Below the pieces are notes generated by a model. It was not told the origin of the DNA and searched no databases. It was given only the letters and a program-made list of their open reading frames with translations. Source: Ignavibacteria bacterium (lineage in GTDB: Bacteria; Bacteroidota; Ignavibacteria; Kapaibacteriales; UBA4661). From it: DNA of 64,000 bases. Below are positions 18,605 to 28,522 of this stretch, one piece after another; position 1 is the stretch's first letter, and every line of letters starts with the position of its first letter. The stretch is from contig JAAFIV010000010.1 of NCBI GenBank assembly GCA_013298775.1, positions 69,049-133,048 on the forward strand, in the 5' to 3' direction. The translations under genes were made by a program, and so were the position numbers.

Positions 18605-18956
18605 GTAACTGGTCAGGTCTTCCCGTCCTACGCTTTCCTAAGCGGTGAACGGGTTTCGCGGTAATGGATTTCCCGATAATGGGTTTCTCAAAAAATACTG
18701 GTGCTATAATGATTTCAGTTGGAAATCAAGCGCAGTATTGGGTTAAAAAGATAAAAAACAACAATAGTGGCACAGACATTCTTGTCTGTGTTATTCGCCT
18801 GAACCTCTCACCAACACTCACAGACAAGAATGTCTGTGCCACTAATGGGTCAAGGATTCTTTCCAACGAAAATCATTTCGTACCAAAATAGTACCGTGAA
18901 ACCTGTTCTACCGTTCAGAAACGGCAGGACGGGAAGACCAAGACCTGACCAGTTAC
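18605..18956. mobile_element. MITE-like element, family C (TIR gtaactggtcaggtcttcccgtcc / ggacgggaagacc..acctgaccagttac) with internal nested hairpins
   Basis: Terminal inverted repeats are seen directly. The internal palindrome tggcacagacattcttgtctgtg ... cacagacaagaatgtctgtgcca is present. The same TIR core occurs at 53798-53938. Confidence 0.65.
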
Positions 18957-18983
18957 GGGAAACGTATAGCATGGGGAAATCAA

Positions 18984-19994
18984 ATGCACAAAATAGACCG
19001 ACTTGTAGGAATCGTGCTGCTTTTGCAGCAAAAAAAGGTGATTCGGGCGGAGGACATTGCCGAACACTTTGACGTAAGCGTGCGTACTATTTACCGCGAT
19101 ATTACGGCTCTCTCAGAAGCAGGTGTGCCGATTGCAGGCGAGGCAGGCGTTGGATACAGCCTCATTGCTGGCTATTCCTTACCGCCTGTGATGTTTACCG
19201 AAGAGGAAGCAAGTGCGCTCGTGATTGGCGGGGAGTTTGTGCGCCGCATGACCGATGAATCCTTGCACAAGCACATCCGCACTGCGCTTATGAAAATTAA
19301 CGCTGTTCTACCGAATGAAAAGAAAAATTACGTTCAACGTTTGCAGGATTCCGTCGCAGTATTTACGCGCCCTGCGGGGATTTCGAGCGAACTGAATCCC
19401 GAAGTTATGTCCACGCTGCAACGCGCAATCGTCTATCGAAATGTTGTGCGCATGGAATACGCGGCGCGGGACGGGGAAGCCACAAGCCGCGCCATTGAGC
19501 CACTTAACCTCATTTATTATAGCGGAAACTGGCATTGTATCGCGTATTGCCGTCTGCGTAAGGAATACCGCGACTTCCGCGCCGACCGAATGCAATCGCT
19601 CCACGCCACAAGCGAGGTATTTCCTGAACGCACGGACTATTCGCTTATGGCATATTTGCAAGAAGAATACCGCTTGGAGAACCCGATTGAAGTACGGGTG
19701 CGGTTTCCAGAGCGCGTTGCAAGCGGTTTGTCGCAAAAATACTACTACGGATTTGTGGAGGAAGCTCGCACCGGGGATTGTGTCGAAATGACCTTTATTG
19801 TTCCGTCGGTGCGCTGGATTGGCTATTGGTTATTGAGTTTTGGCTCGTCGGTACAAGCGGTTTCGCCGCCAGAATTGCTGGACTTTTTGCGTGGAGAAGC
19901 CGAAGCACTTGCCGCGAAGTATGCTTCTCATAACTCTGCTCCGCAGTCGCATAAAAACTCGCTTCCAGAGCATTCTTCTCTGCTTTTGAATTGA
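18984..19994 (+). CDS. YafY-family transcriptional regulator (HTH + WYL domain)
   Basis: N-terminal 'IRAEDIAEHFDVSVRTIYRDITALSEAGVPI' HTH_11/DeoR-like. The later 'SGNWHCIAYCRLRKEYRDFRADRMQS' is typical of a WYL domain. Confidence 0.8.
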   Translation: MHKIDRLVGIVLLLQQKKVIRAEDIAEHFDVSVRTIYRDITALSEAGVPIAGEAGVGYSLIAGYSLPPVMFTEEEASALVIGGEFVRRMTDESLHKHIRTALMKINAVLPNEKKNYVQRLQDSVAVFTRPAGISSELNPEVMSTLQRAIVYRNVVRMEYAARDGEATSRAIEPLNLIYYSGNWHCIAYCRLRKEYRDFRADRMQSLHATSEVFPERTDYSLMAYLQEEYRLENPIEVRVRFPERVASGLSQKYYYGFVEEARTGDCVEMTFIVPSVRWIGYWLLSFGSSVQAVSPPELLDFLRGEAEALAAKYASHNSAPQSHKNSLPEHSSLLLN

Positions 19995-20104
19995 ATTCTT
20001 ATCAAGCATAAAAAAATCTTTTCCCCAAAAAACACTCCTGACAGACTGTTGTCAGGAGTGAACTTCTATTTTTGAATTGAAATAATTACAGAGACAAAAA
20101 AACT

Positions 20105-21496
20105 ATGGAAACACAGCAACCATCAACCCTCTGGGGAATTATTCGGCAATCGCTGAATGGTGAAGAACAAGACTACACACAAGGCAGCATTCGCCGCGCC
20201 GTGTTTCTGCTCGCAATTCCGATGATGCTGGAACTCTGCTTGGAAAGCGTCTTTGCGGTCGTGGATATGTACTTCGTCGGCAAACTCGGCGCGAATGCTA
20301 TTGCGACGGTGGGCATGACGGAATCGGTGATGTTCATTGTCTATTCACTCGGAATGGGCATTAGCATTGCAGCGACGGCGATTGTTGCCCGCAGAGTGGG
20401 CGAGAAGAACCCTGAAGATGCTGCCAGTGCTGGCGTGCAAGCGATTTTACTTTCTGTTTTTATTTCAGTGATTTTTAGTATTCTGGGCGCATTATTCGCA
20501 GGGGACATTCTTGTTCTCATGGGCGCGAAACCTGATGTTGTTGCCGAAGGAACAGCCTTTACGCGCACGATGCTGGGCGGCTCAGTTGTGGTGGTGCTGA
20601 TTTTTGTTATCAATGGCATCTTTCGCGGCGCGGGCGATGCAGCAATGGCAATGAAAAGCCTGTGGATTGCGAGTTTGACGAATATCATCCTCTGCCCGAT
20701 TTGTATTCACTATTTCGGCTTAGTTGGTGCGGCATACGCGACTGTCGCGGCGCGGGGTTTAGGCGTTTTATACCAGCTTTTCCGTCTTCAAAGTGGGCAG
20801 GGCGTTCTCAGGATGCGCCTGAATGTGCGCGGTTTGCAGCCAGACTTCGTTATTCTGCGGAATATCGTCGAAGTGGCGTTGCCGGCGGCGTTTCAGAATA
20901 TCATTGCGAGTGGTTCGTGGGTCGTATTGGTGCGGCTTATCGCCGAGACGGGCGGTACGGCGGCTTCGGCGGGCTATCAAATTTGCATTCGCAATATCAT
21001 GTTTTTCCTCATGCCCGCTTGGGGCTTGAGCAATGCCGCCGCAACGCTTGTGGGACAAAATCTCGGCGCGAAACTGCCCGAAAGAGCCGATGAAAGTGTG
21101 CGTTTGGCGGCAAAATACAATGTCATTTTTATGCTCGGCGTAACGCTGCTTTTCGTGCTTGCAGCAAAGCCGATTATCAGCATTTTCACGGACGACCAAG
21201 AAGTGTTGCGCTTTGGGGTATTGGCATTGCAGGTGATTGGCTCTGGCTACGTGTTCTACGGCTTGGAAATGGTACTGCTGCAAGCCTTGAACGGCGCGGG
21301 CGATACGAAAACACCAACAATTATCAACATTGTCGGCTTCTGGCTGTTTCAAATTCCACTTGCATACATTCTCGCAATAACGTTGAATTTGAACGCTCTC
21401 GGAGCATTTATCGCCGTGCCAGCCGCAGAAACACTGATTGCGCTTATTTCGTGGTATTATTTCCGCAAGGGTGCGTGGAAAACGGTGCAAGTTTAG
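20105..21496 (+). CDS. MATE-family multidrug efflux transporter
   Basis: 463 aa with 12 predicted TM segments and MATE-type conserved G/P-rich loops. Confidence 0.85.
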   Translation: METQQPSTLWGIIRQSLNGEEQDYTQGSIRRAVFLLAIPMMLELCLESVFAVVDMYFVGKLGANAIATVGMTESVMFIVYSLGMGISIAATAIVARRVGEKNPEDAASAGVQAILLSVFISVIFSILGALFAGDILVLMGAKPDVVAEGTAFTRTMLGGSVVVVLIFVINGIFRGAGDAAMAMKSLWIASLTNIILCPICIHYFGLVGAAYATVAARGLGVLYQLFRLQSGQGVLRMRLNVRGLQPDFVILRNIVEVALPAAFQNIIASGSWVVLVRLIAETGGTAASAGYQICIRNIMFFLMPAWGLSNAAATLVGQNLGAKLPERADESVRLAAKYNVIFMLGVTLLFVLAAKPIISIFTDDQEVLRFGVLALQVIGSGYVFYGLEMVLLQALNGAGDTKTPTIINIVGFWLFQIPLAYILAITLNLNALGAFIAVPAAETLIALISWYYFRKGAWKTVQV

Positions 21497-21556
21497 CCCT
21501 TTTGGAGCTGTTCAGGTTTTGATTTGGAAATGCGGATGTGAGCTTTACCAAATGCT

Positions 21557-21849
21557 TCAATAAATGTTGCCGCGAAAATCAACTGCTTCAACGGCAACCA
21601 CAACAGTAACACCGTTATGGAGTGAAAAAATTATCCGAATATTTCCCCTTCGCACTCTGTACATTCCTTTCAGTTTGCCGTGCAGGGCAATCACATCAGC
21701 GTTGTTTTCTTCGTAGCGAAGGAGCTTTCGCGCTGCTTTCGCGCTGCTTTCGCAAGCAAGGTGTTTGCATCCTCGAAAGAGAGTATTTCGCCATTATCGG
21801 CAAGGAATTTTCGTGCGCTTTTGCTGTACTCAATGACGATATGTTTCAT
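21557..21849 (-). pseudogene. RelE/ParE-family type II toxin, frameshifted by an 11-bp tandem duplication
   Basis: N-terminal 'MKHIVIEYSKSARKFL' reads in frame 1. The C-terminal RelE/ParE signature 'LHGKLKGMYRVRRGNIRIIFSLHNGVTVVVAVEAVDFRGNIY' reads in another frame. The frames are separated by a tandem repeat gctttcgcgct x2 at 21725-21746. Removing one 11-mer gives a continuous 93-aa toxin. Confidence 0.6.
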
Positions 21850-22085
21850 ACATCGAGAGCAACAATATAGGAAACTTCGCTTTTGTCGCGTTCCTCAAGC
21901 GGGATGCTCCTTAGCCATGCTTCAATGTCTGCTTGCTCTTCGAGGCTTGCTTGAGGAATATGAGACATATCAAGAAACTCACGCTCTAGGAAAGCGAGCG
22001 TGTCATTGATTTGCTCAGAGTTTGAGCGGGCTTTATCTATCTCAATGATAAGTTTGGTCGAGGTATTTGTGATGGCAACAGCTTC
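21846..22085 (-). CDS. putative antitoxin partner of the RelE/ParE toxin
   Basis: Small ORF whose stop overlaps the toxin ATG (ATGA at 21846-21849). 'TKLIIEIDKARSNSEQ' suggests an RHH-like N-terminal beta-strand. No family is recognised with certainty. The start could be 22115. Confidence 0.35.
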   Translation of the reverse strand, partial: EAVAITNTSTKLIIEIDKARSNSEQINDTLAFLEREFLDMSHIPQASLEEQADIEAWLRSIPLEERDKSEVSYIVALDV

Positions 22086-22363
22086 CATAAATACAAAGCA
22101 AAAAAGGTGAGACAACCTTCAAAAAAGTGAAAAAAGGAAAGAATTTACCCGAAATTTCACTTTGAACAAACATACAATAAAACCAAATCAAACACAATAA
22201 ATCCAGAAGAGCAGGATTGTATCTTGCTTGCAGCAAATGATGCTTAATAGTATGACAATCACAAAACAGGCTTGTACACCAGATTCTGTCTAGCTTTGAA
22301 ATGTGTCAAAGAGTATCTAACATCACGTAGTGTTCCATTTTTTTCATTTTTCTGGGAAACGGT

Positions 22364-22777
22364 ATGAAATCCTTAACAATTAACATCGTTGCCGTCGCTG
22401 TTCTTGCGGTCGTGCATCAAATCACAAACTTCGGCTGGTACACGCTTGCAGGGGATAATTGGATGACGCTTGCAAATCTGACTACGGCGCAAATGCAAGC
22501 CAGCACGAGTCCTCTTCCGTACATTTCCTCGCTTGTTGGTGCGTTTCTTTCTTGTTGGATGTTGGCGTGGTTGTTTGTTCAACTCAAGGTAGAATCGCCT
22601 CTGCAAGGCATTTTGTATGCAATTTCCTTGTACGGATGCTTTTTGTTTTTTACTGGAATGACGGTGGATATGTTCCATCTGCGCCCCTTCCGCTTAACGC
22701 TCATAAACGAAGGAATTAACTTTGTTAATTTCATGCTCTCAGGCGCAGTCTTAGGTGCGTGGCGGAAATATGCGTAA
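22364..22777 (+). CDS. DUF1761-family membrane protein
   Basis: 137 aa with four hydrophobic helices. Pattern 'FGWYTLAGDNWMTLANLT...' is recalled as DUF1761. Confidence 0.55.
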   Translation: MKSLTINIVAVAVLAVVHQITNFGWYTLAGDNWMTLANLTTAQMQASTSPLPYISSLVGAFLSCWMLAWLFVQLKVESPLQGILYAISLYGCFLFFTGMTVDMFHLRPFRLTLINEGINFVNFMLSGAVLGAWRKYA

Positions 22778-22820
22778 CGAAAGAATGAGCAATCATGCTG
22801 CATGAAGAGGGGAAAAACAC

Positions 22821-22858
22821 AAAAAGCCCGTAATGATAACCATTACGGGCTTTCTTTT
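22821..22858. terminator. rho-independent terminator; near-identical copy at 29566-29602
   Basis: aagcccgtaatg-ataacc-cattacgggctt followed by a T-run. Confidence 0.75.
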
Positions 22859-22974
22859 TGGGGTAGGCTTTTGAAAAATGTAGAGGGAATCATGAAAAAA
22901 TGAGCAATTTGGATTTCTCATTGCAACATTTCGTCAGTGAGTGTTATTGATAATTTTTGCAGCAAGGATAAAGA

Positions 22975-23637
22975 ATGACACAGCATCATTCACAGGAATC
23001 ATCGGTATCGGATGAGGATTTATGGGCAGAATGTGTGCGAGATGGCAGTGGGAATGCCTTCCGCGCCTTGTATGACCGCTATTTTCAGCAGTTATATCGC
23101 TATGGCTATCATCTTACGCCGCAGAAAGAAGCCGTCCAAGACGCAGTGCAGAACCTCTTTGTTTATCTTTACGAACATCAACAATCCATCGGTGAAATTC
23201 GCTCCTTTCGTGCGTATATTTTTACATCTTTTCGCCGAATACTCGCCCGCAATATCAAGCAAGAGCGCAAATACGTTGCCGATGACGACCTCTTGAGCGA
23301 TGAGAGCGATACCATCCACAACGACCCACGCATACCTGCCGGATTCCATTTTGAACTCAGCCCTTCCGTCGAAGAATTATTCACCCAAAAAGAATCTGCC
23401 GCCGAACAACGAAACAAGCTCCTCGCCAGTATCAATCAGCTTCCCAAGCGTCAGCGCGAAGTATTGTATCTCCACTATTTTGAAGAACTCTCATCGGGGG
23501 AAATTGCAACAGCGATGGAGGTGAAGGTGGAAACGGTCTATATCACGCTGCACCGTGCCGTTCATACGTTACAGGAGTATCTGCAAGGCGCATCACCTTT
23601 GGTTCTTCTGCACTTTCTTACGTACCTGCTCTCCTGA
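22975..23637 (+). CDS. ECF-type RNA polymerase sigma-70 factor
   Basis: Region 2 ('FRALYDRYFQQLYRYGYHLT') and region 4 ('LPKRQREVLYLHYFEELSSGEIA'). Followed by a FecR gene and a TonB transducer. Confidence 0.8.
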   Translation: MTQHHSQESSVSDEDLWAECVRDGSGNAFRALYDRYFQQLYRYGYHLTPQKEAVQDAVQNLFVYLYEHQQSIGEIRSFRAYIFTSFRRILARNIKQERKYVADDDLLSDESDTIHNDPRIPAGFHFELSPSVEELFTQKESAAEQRNKLLASINQLPKRQREVLYLHYFEELSSGEIATAMEVKVETVYITLHRAVHTLQEYLQGASPLVLLHFLTYLLS

Positions 23638-23675
23638 TTGTTTTCCGAAAGCCAGCTATGAAGTGCAATCTCATT

Positions 23676-23812
23676 ACGTTAAGCGTTTTCCCTCACCCCA
23701 ACCCCTCTCCCAGAGGTAGAGGGGCAAGATGTAGAGCCAGATGTAGAATCAGTTTCTTCACCCTCGCCCTCTGGGAGAGGGTCGCTCACAGAGCGGGGTG
23801 AGGGCTTAACCT
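23676..23812. repeat. family-A palindromic repeat copy 3, inserted between sigma and anti-sigma genes
   Basis: ccctcaccccaacccctctcccagaggtagagggg ... ccctcgccctctgggagagggtcgctcacagagcggggtgaggg. Ends are gttaagcg / gcttaacc. Confidence 0.7.
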
Positions 23813-23945
23813 TATGACATTAGCTACGAAGCGGGTTTCAGGAAGAAAATTTCAAGCACGAAAATATTTTTCAAAAAAATGTAAAGATTTCACAACAGCG
23901 TGTCTCTTTATCATTAGACGGACTCGCACAATACCATCATCAACA

Positions 23946-25055
23946 ATGAACGCACAACCGCATTATACCACAGCCGCAGAACTCGCTCTTGATGAGCAAT
24001 TTCGTGCATTCGTACTGCATCCGAGCAAGGAGCGGTCGGATTTCTGGTCAGCATGGCAGAATGCTTTGCCGAATGACCAAGAACGCCGCCGAACCTTGAT
24101 GGAGGATGCCGAGCGTTTGGTGCTTGCCTTGCGTCCTGTGCAGCCCGATGTTCCCGAAGGCGCACAAGAACTGGTCTGGCAGCGTATCGAATCGCGCATA
24201 AATGTTCTTGCTGGCAGCACATCGCATATTTCCTCAGAGCCGATACAAGCACCTGAGAGGGCGCGTGTATTCGATTTGTTTGCAACGCCCGGCAAACACG
24301 TCCGGTATCGCAGAACGTATATGTGGGCGGCAGCGGCTTTGCTTGCGTTGGCAGTTGGTATCGGTATTTTTCGGCAGAGTGATGTTCTTGCGCCAGCAGA
24401 CGTGCTTGTTGCAACAAGTGACGGCGGCGGACGCAGCACCGTTTCGCTGCCGGATGGTTCGGTCGTCATTGTCGGTGAACGCTCGGAACTCTCGTACAGT
24501 ACAGCAATGATGCGGGATTCCTCCGTGCGTGAGGTGCGTGTGTGTGGTGAAGCCTTCTTCCGTGTCAAGAAAACTTCGCGCGATGGGCAAGCGGTAAAGT
24601 TTCGCGTGAAAACGGACTGTGCGCTTATCGAAGTGCTGGGGACAGAGTTCAACGTCAATACGCGCGGCAATCAAACCGCCGTTGTGTTGCAGGAAGGCAA
24701 AGTGCGGATTCTCTCGCTAGATGGCGCGACCGAGCTTGCTGTCTTGCATCCAGGGGAGCGGTTTGAAATTGGCAAAGCGGGAACGTCGTCCACGCGAACG
24801 GTGCAAACAGAAGCATACACCTCATGGAAAGACGGCAAAATCTTCTTTGACGCACTGCCGATGAGCGAAGTAGCTTCTATCTTGCAAAACTCGCATGGCA
24901 TCACAATTCGCTTTGCCGACTCTACCCTCGTCAATACGCGCTTCTCAGGCGGAGTCCCGTCGGATAATCTGCCGCTTTTGCAAGACGTATTACGAGAAAC
25001 CTTCAATGCCCGCGTTGAAATGCACCACGACACACTTACGCTGTACGCCCGATAA
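23946..25055 (+). CDS. FecR-family anti-sigma factor
   Basis: TM segment 'AAAALLALAVGIGIF' followed by a FecR domain ('LPDGSVVIVGERSELSY...FFRVKK'). The ORF opens at 23814 but the first plausible ATG is 23946. Confidence 0.8.
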   Translation: MNAQPHYTTAAELALDEQFRAFVLHPSKERSDFWSAWQNALPNDQERRRTLMEDAERLVLALRPVQPDVPEGAQELVWQRIESRINVLAGSTSHISSEPIQAPERARVFDLFATPGKHVRYRRTYMWAAAALLALAVGIGIFRQSDVLAPADVLVATSDGGGRSTVSLPDGSVVIVGERSELSYSTAMMRDSSVREVRVCGEAFFRVKKTSRDGQAVKFRVKTDCALIEVLGTEFNVNTRGNQTAVVLQEGKVRILSLDGATELAVLHPGERFEIGKAGTSSTRTVQTEAYTSWKDGKIFFDALPMSEVASILQNSHGITIRFADSTLVNTRFSGGVPSDNLPLLQDVLRETFNARVEMHHDTLTLYAR

Positions 25056-25120
25056 AATCTCTACCTCCGCTCTCTTCAACATTTACAATTCGCTACATTT
25101 TCACCTTTACTTCGTAATTG

Positions 25121-25285
25121 AAGTTTAGATAAAATTCTGAAAGCCGCGTAAAACCTTACCCTGCACTAAGCCCTCACCCAACCCTCTCCCAGAGGGAGAG
25201 GGCTTCAGAACCCGCATAAAATCTTGCCCTTCTCCCTCTGGGAGAAGGGTTGGGATGAGGGGGCGCAAGAGTTTATCTAAACTTC
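25121..25285. repeat. family-A MITE-like repeat copy 4 (inverted relative to copy 1), TIR aagtttagataaa / tttatctaaactt, flanked by direct repeat ttcgtaa
   Basis: Reverse complement of copy 1 across about 110 nt. Terminal inverted repeats and a 7-bp flanking direct repeat are seen directly. Confidence 0.8.
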
Positions 25286-25303
25286 AATTCGTAATCAACC
25301 ATT

Positions 25304-28132
25304 ATGAACAGGATTCTTCTATCCGTTTTTGTCGCTGCCTTTGGCATGGCAACGGAGATTTTCGACCAAAGAACAGCTTTTGCGCAATATACCGAACTTG
25401 CGCAACAAGCTCCTCAACAAACTTCTCAACAAGCTGCTCAACCCAAGCAAACAAACAGCGAAACAACATCTCCAGCGAAGATTCAACGCATTTCTCTGCG
25501 CAAGGTACTGGCAGCCTTGTCGGAAAAGCATTACGCTCTGTTCAACTACAACGTTGAACTCGTGAAAAACATAGATTTTACGCCCGAAGTCGCCAATGGT
25601 ATGCTTGCAGCATCTTCCAAAAGCGAGGCGGAATCTCGTCTGAACACTGCTTTAGAACCTTCCGATTTGCGCTGCAAAAAACTTGATGAAAACACCTACG
25701 TTATTCAGTCTCGTTCAAAAAAAGCAGAGGGCGCGGACAGTGATGCGACTGCAAATGCCGCATCAATACTTGCTCCGGCAAGCCCCGAAGCTCCACCAGT
25801 GCCTCAGACGCAATCTCAAACAGCACCATTAGCCCAAAATGTAACGATTTCCGGTATCGTGAGCGAGGCACTGTCTGGCGAAGCAGTCATCGGAGTTACG
25901 ATTATTTTGTCCAGTGATAGCGCAAATTTCTCGAAAGCAGCATTGGTGCGGGGGACACGGACAAACAAGTTTGGTTTTTATTCGCTGCCCAATATTCCCG
26001 CAGGCACGTACTACATTACGGTTCGCGGGCTTGGCTATGCAACCTTTACCAAAAGCATACAAATTGAGGAATCAAGTACATCGGTGCGCGTGAATATCCC
26101 GCTTCGCTCGCAAGATGTAAAAGCCGAAACTGTTACCGTGCAGGGAGAGCGCAGCAATACGCCCACAAACCGCGCCATTAGTGCTGTGCAGCTACAATCA
26201 GAACTTATCAGCAAAATGCCTACGCTCGGCGGCGAGGCAGATATTTTCCGCACACTCCAACTTATGCCCGGCATCAAGCCCGGAACCGAACTCAGCAACG
26301 GAATCTACGTGCGCGGCGGCTCACCAGACCAAAATCTTATTCTTTTGGACGGCGTTACGGTCTATAATCCTGCGCACTTAGCTGGGCTTTTCACCGTGTT
26401 CAATAACGATGCCATTCGGGATGTCCGCGTGATAAAAGGCGCGTTTCCCGCAGAATACGGCGGGCGGCTTTCCAGCGTGATTGATTTGACCATGAAGGAA
26501 GGCAGCAAGGAGAAAATCGGCGGCACGGCAAATCTCAGCCTTGTGGCTTCGCGCCTGACTCTGGAAGGTCCGATTAACGAAAATATGAGCTTCATGGTCT
26601 CAGGACGCAGGACGTATCTGGATTTGCTGCTTAATCTTTTCCTTTCGGAAACCGCAAAACTCACCGCGCCCAACTACAATTTTTACGACCTCAACGCAAA
26701 GCTCAATTACAAAATCTCCGACAACGACCACCTCTATTTGGCGGGCTATTTTGGCAATGACTTTTTATCGCAAAAAGCAAGTCCGATTGATTTTAGCCTG
26801 ATTTGGGGCAATGCTACCGGCAACCTCCGATGGATGCACATTATTTCGCCGAATCTCTTTACCAATTTCTCCGCCATTTACAGCAATTACCGCTATAACT
26901 ACAACGAAGTTTCGCGCACAGGGCAAGGTTTGTCTAAGTCGGTTTCCAACATTCAGGATTACACGCTGCGCGGCGATGTGCAGTATTTCCCAAGCCCTGA
27001 ACATTCGATAAAAGCTGGGGTTGATGCCACATTGCACCGCTTTACGGTGGCAAATGCGACCGACGACCGCTCTGTAGATGAATTTATCCGAAACATTACT
27101 CCCGACAACAATGCCGATGCTCTGGAAGCGAGCGTTTATGCGCAAGACGAGTGGCAAATCACGCCGCAGTTATCGGCGAATATTGGCTTTCGTTTGGCAT
27201 ATTTTCAGCGTGGAAATTATGTGCTGCCAGAGCCGCGTATCGCGCTTACTTACGAGGTTTCCGATGCTTTTACGCTCAAGGGCGCGGCTGCAATCACGAA
27301 TCAATTTTTGCATCTTTTAGTGCGGAACGACATTACTTTTCCCAGCGACACGTGGTTTCCTGCGGGCGAGGTTATCAAGCCCGCAAATGCTCTCCAATAC
27401 GTGCTTGGCGCGGAAACGAAGCTCTTTGGTGATGAGTATGTGTTCAGCGTGGAAGGTTACTACAAAACGATGAATAATCTTTACGAATTTCGTGATGACG
27501 TTGTTCCGTCCGTTGTACTCACCGATGTTTCCTCGCTTACGGCGGGCAAAGGCGAATCCTACGGCGTGGAATTTTTCCTGAACAAGCGCATCGGCGCGTT
27601 CACGGGCTGGCTTGGATACACGCTTTCGTGGACAACGCGCACCTTTGCTGAACTGAACGGCGGCAAACCGTTTTTCCCGCGCTACGACAGAAGGCATGAT
27701 ATTTCGATTGTTCTCAATTACAAATTCAGCGAGGCATGGGAACTGGGCGCGTCGTGGGTTTTCGGTACGGGGCAAGCATTTACGCTGCCGTCGTCGCAGT
27801 TCTTTTTCCCAAGCAATCCTTCAACGGGCGGACTTACCGTTACGCCCGACAGAGGCGTTCCTTCCAATGCCTTTCGGACAAATTACACCGAGCGCAATGG
27901 CTTTCGTTTGCCCGATTATCACCGCTTAGACCTGAATTTTACGCACTATTTCACGTGGTTTGGCTTGCCCTTCAACGCATCTATCAACGTCATCAACGCT
28001 TACAATCGCGCAAATCCGTTTTTCTTTTCGGTGTCATTCGATGCCAACAGCACGACTAAACCTACGGCTGTTGTGCAGCAAGCGGCGTTGTTTCCGATTA
28101 TTCCAACGATTGCACTTGGGTTTAAATTCTAA
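25304..28132 (+). CDS. TonB-dependent receptor/transducer (STN signalling domain, carboxypeptidase-regulatory-like domain, plug, 22-strand barrel)
   Basis: N-terminal STN-like segment ('ISLRKVLAALSEKHYALFNYNVELV'), 'ISGIVSEALSGEAVIGVTI' CarbopepD-reg-like, TonB box and plug region, and a long beta-barrel. Confidence 0.85.
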   Translation: MNRILLSVFVAAFGMATEIFDQRTAFAQYTELAQQAPQQTSQQAAQPKQTNSETTSPAKIQRISLRKVLAALSEKHYALFNYNVELVKNIDFTPEVANGMLAASSKSEAESRLNTALEPSDLRCKKLDENTYVIQSRSKKAEGADSDATANAASILAPASPEAPPVPQTQSQTAPLAQNVTISGIVSEALSGEAVIGVTIILSSDSANFSKAALVRGTRTNKFGFYSLPNIPAGTYYITVRGLGYATFTKSIQIEESSTSVRVNIPLRSQDVKAETVTVQGERSNTPTNRAISAVQLQSELISKMPTLGGEADIFRTLQLMPGIKPGTELSNGIYVRGGSPDQNLILLDGVTVYNPAHLAGLFTVFNNDAIRDVRVIKGAFPAEYGGRLSSVIDLTMKEGSKEKIGGTANLSLVASRLTLEGPINENMSFMVSGRRTYLDLLLNLFLSETAKLTAPNYNFYDLNAKLNYKISDNDHLYLAGYFGNDFLSQKASPIDFSLIWGNATGNLRWMHIISPNLFTNFSAIYSNYRYNYNEVSRTGQGLSKSVSNIQDYTLRGDVQYFPSPEHSIKAGVDATLHRFTVANATDDRSVDEFIRNITPDNNADALEASVYAQDEWQITPQLSANIGFRLAYFQRGNYVLPEPRIALTYEVSDAFTLKGAAAITNQFLHLLVRNDITFPSDTWFPAGEVIKPANALQYVLGAETKLFGDEYVFSVEGYYKTMNNLYEFRDDVVPSVVLTDVSSLTAGKGESYGVEFFLNKRIGAFTGWLGYTLSWTTRTFAELNGGKPFFPRYDRRHDISIVLNYKFSEAWELGASWVFGTGQAFTLPSSQFFFPSNPSTGGLTVTPDRGVPSNAFRTNYTERNGFRLPDYHRLDLNFTHYFTWFGLPFNASINVINAYNRANPFFFSVSFDANSTTKPTAVVQQAALFPIIPTIALGFKF

Positions 28133-28165
28133 TTCTGAGGTCACAATTCAGGTGCGCAGAATGTT

Positions 28166-28456
28166 GTCGTATTCGCCCCCTTGATAAAGGGCAGGGCTGT
28201 TAAGTTCTTTTGAAATGCAATGGCATTGCATCAAGTGTAAGTCAATGACGTAAAGACGCTTAACTCGTTCGCCCCCTTGATAAAGGGGGAACGGGGGATT
28301 TGCCACGAGCCGCATCATTACTTGCTTCAATTTAGCACTTAACAGCCCTGCTTGATAAAGGGGGAACGGAGGATTGAACGGCTGAACACCTGTTCAAATC
28401 TCACGTTGTAAGCGAAAAATCCCCCGTTCCCCCTTTGTCAAGGGGGCGAATGAGTG
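28166..28456. repeat. nested MITE-like repeat cluster, family B (TIR cagggctgttaag; unit ttcgcccccttgataaagggggaacgggggatt)
   Basis: An element with TIRs at 28190-28203 and 28336-28349 is flanked by the 12-bp direct repeat cttgataaaggg. Unit X is present at 28266-28300 and 28351-28380, and inverted at 28418-28455. Confidence 0.7.
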
Positions 28457-28522
28457 AAATTTCCGTGAGACATATACAGTTACTTTTTGATTTTTTTTTC
28501 AGTACATCATTTCTTGAAATCA

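Noticed and set aside
3597-28456. Possibility that the recurring palindromic repeats are a CRISPR array
   Set aside because: Copies are tens of kb apart with no regular spacing, no adjacent cas genes, and they have TIR/TSD features of MITEs.
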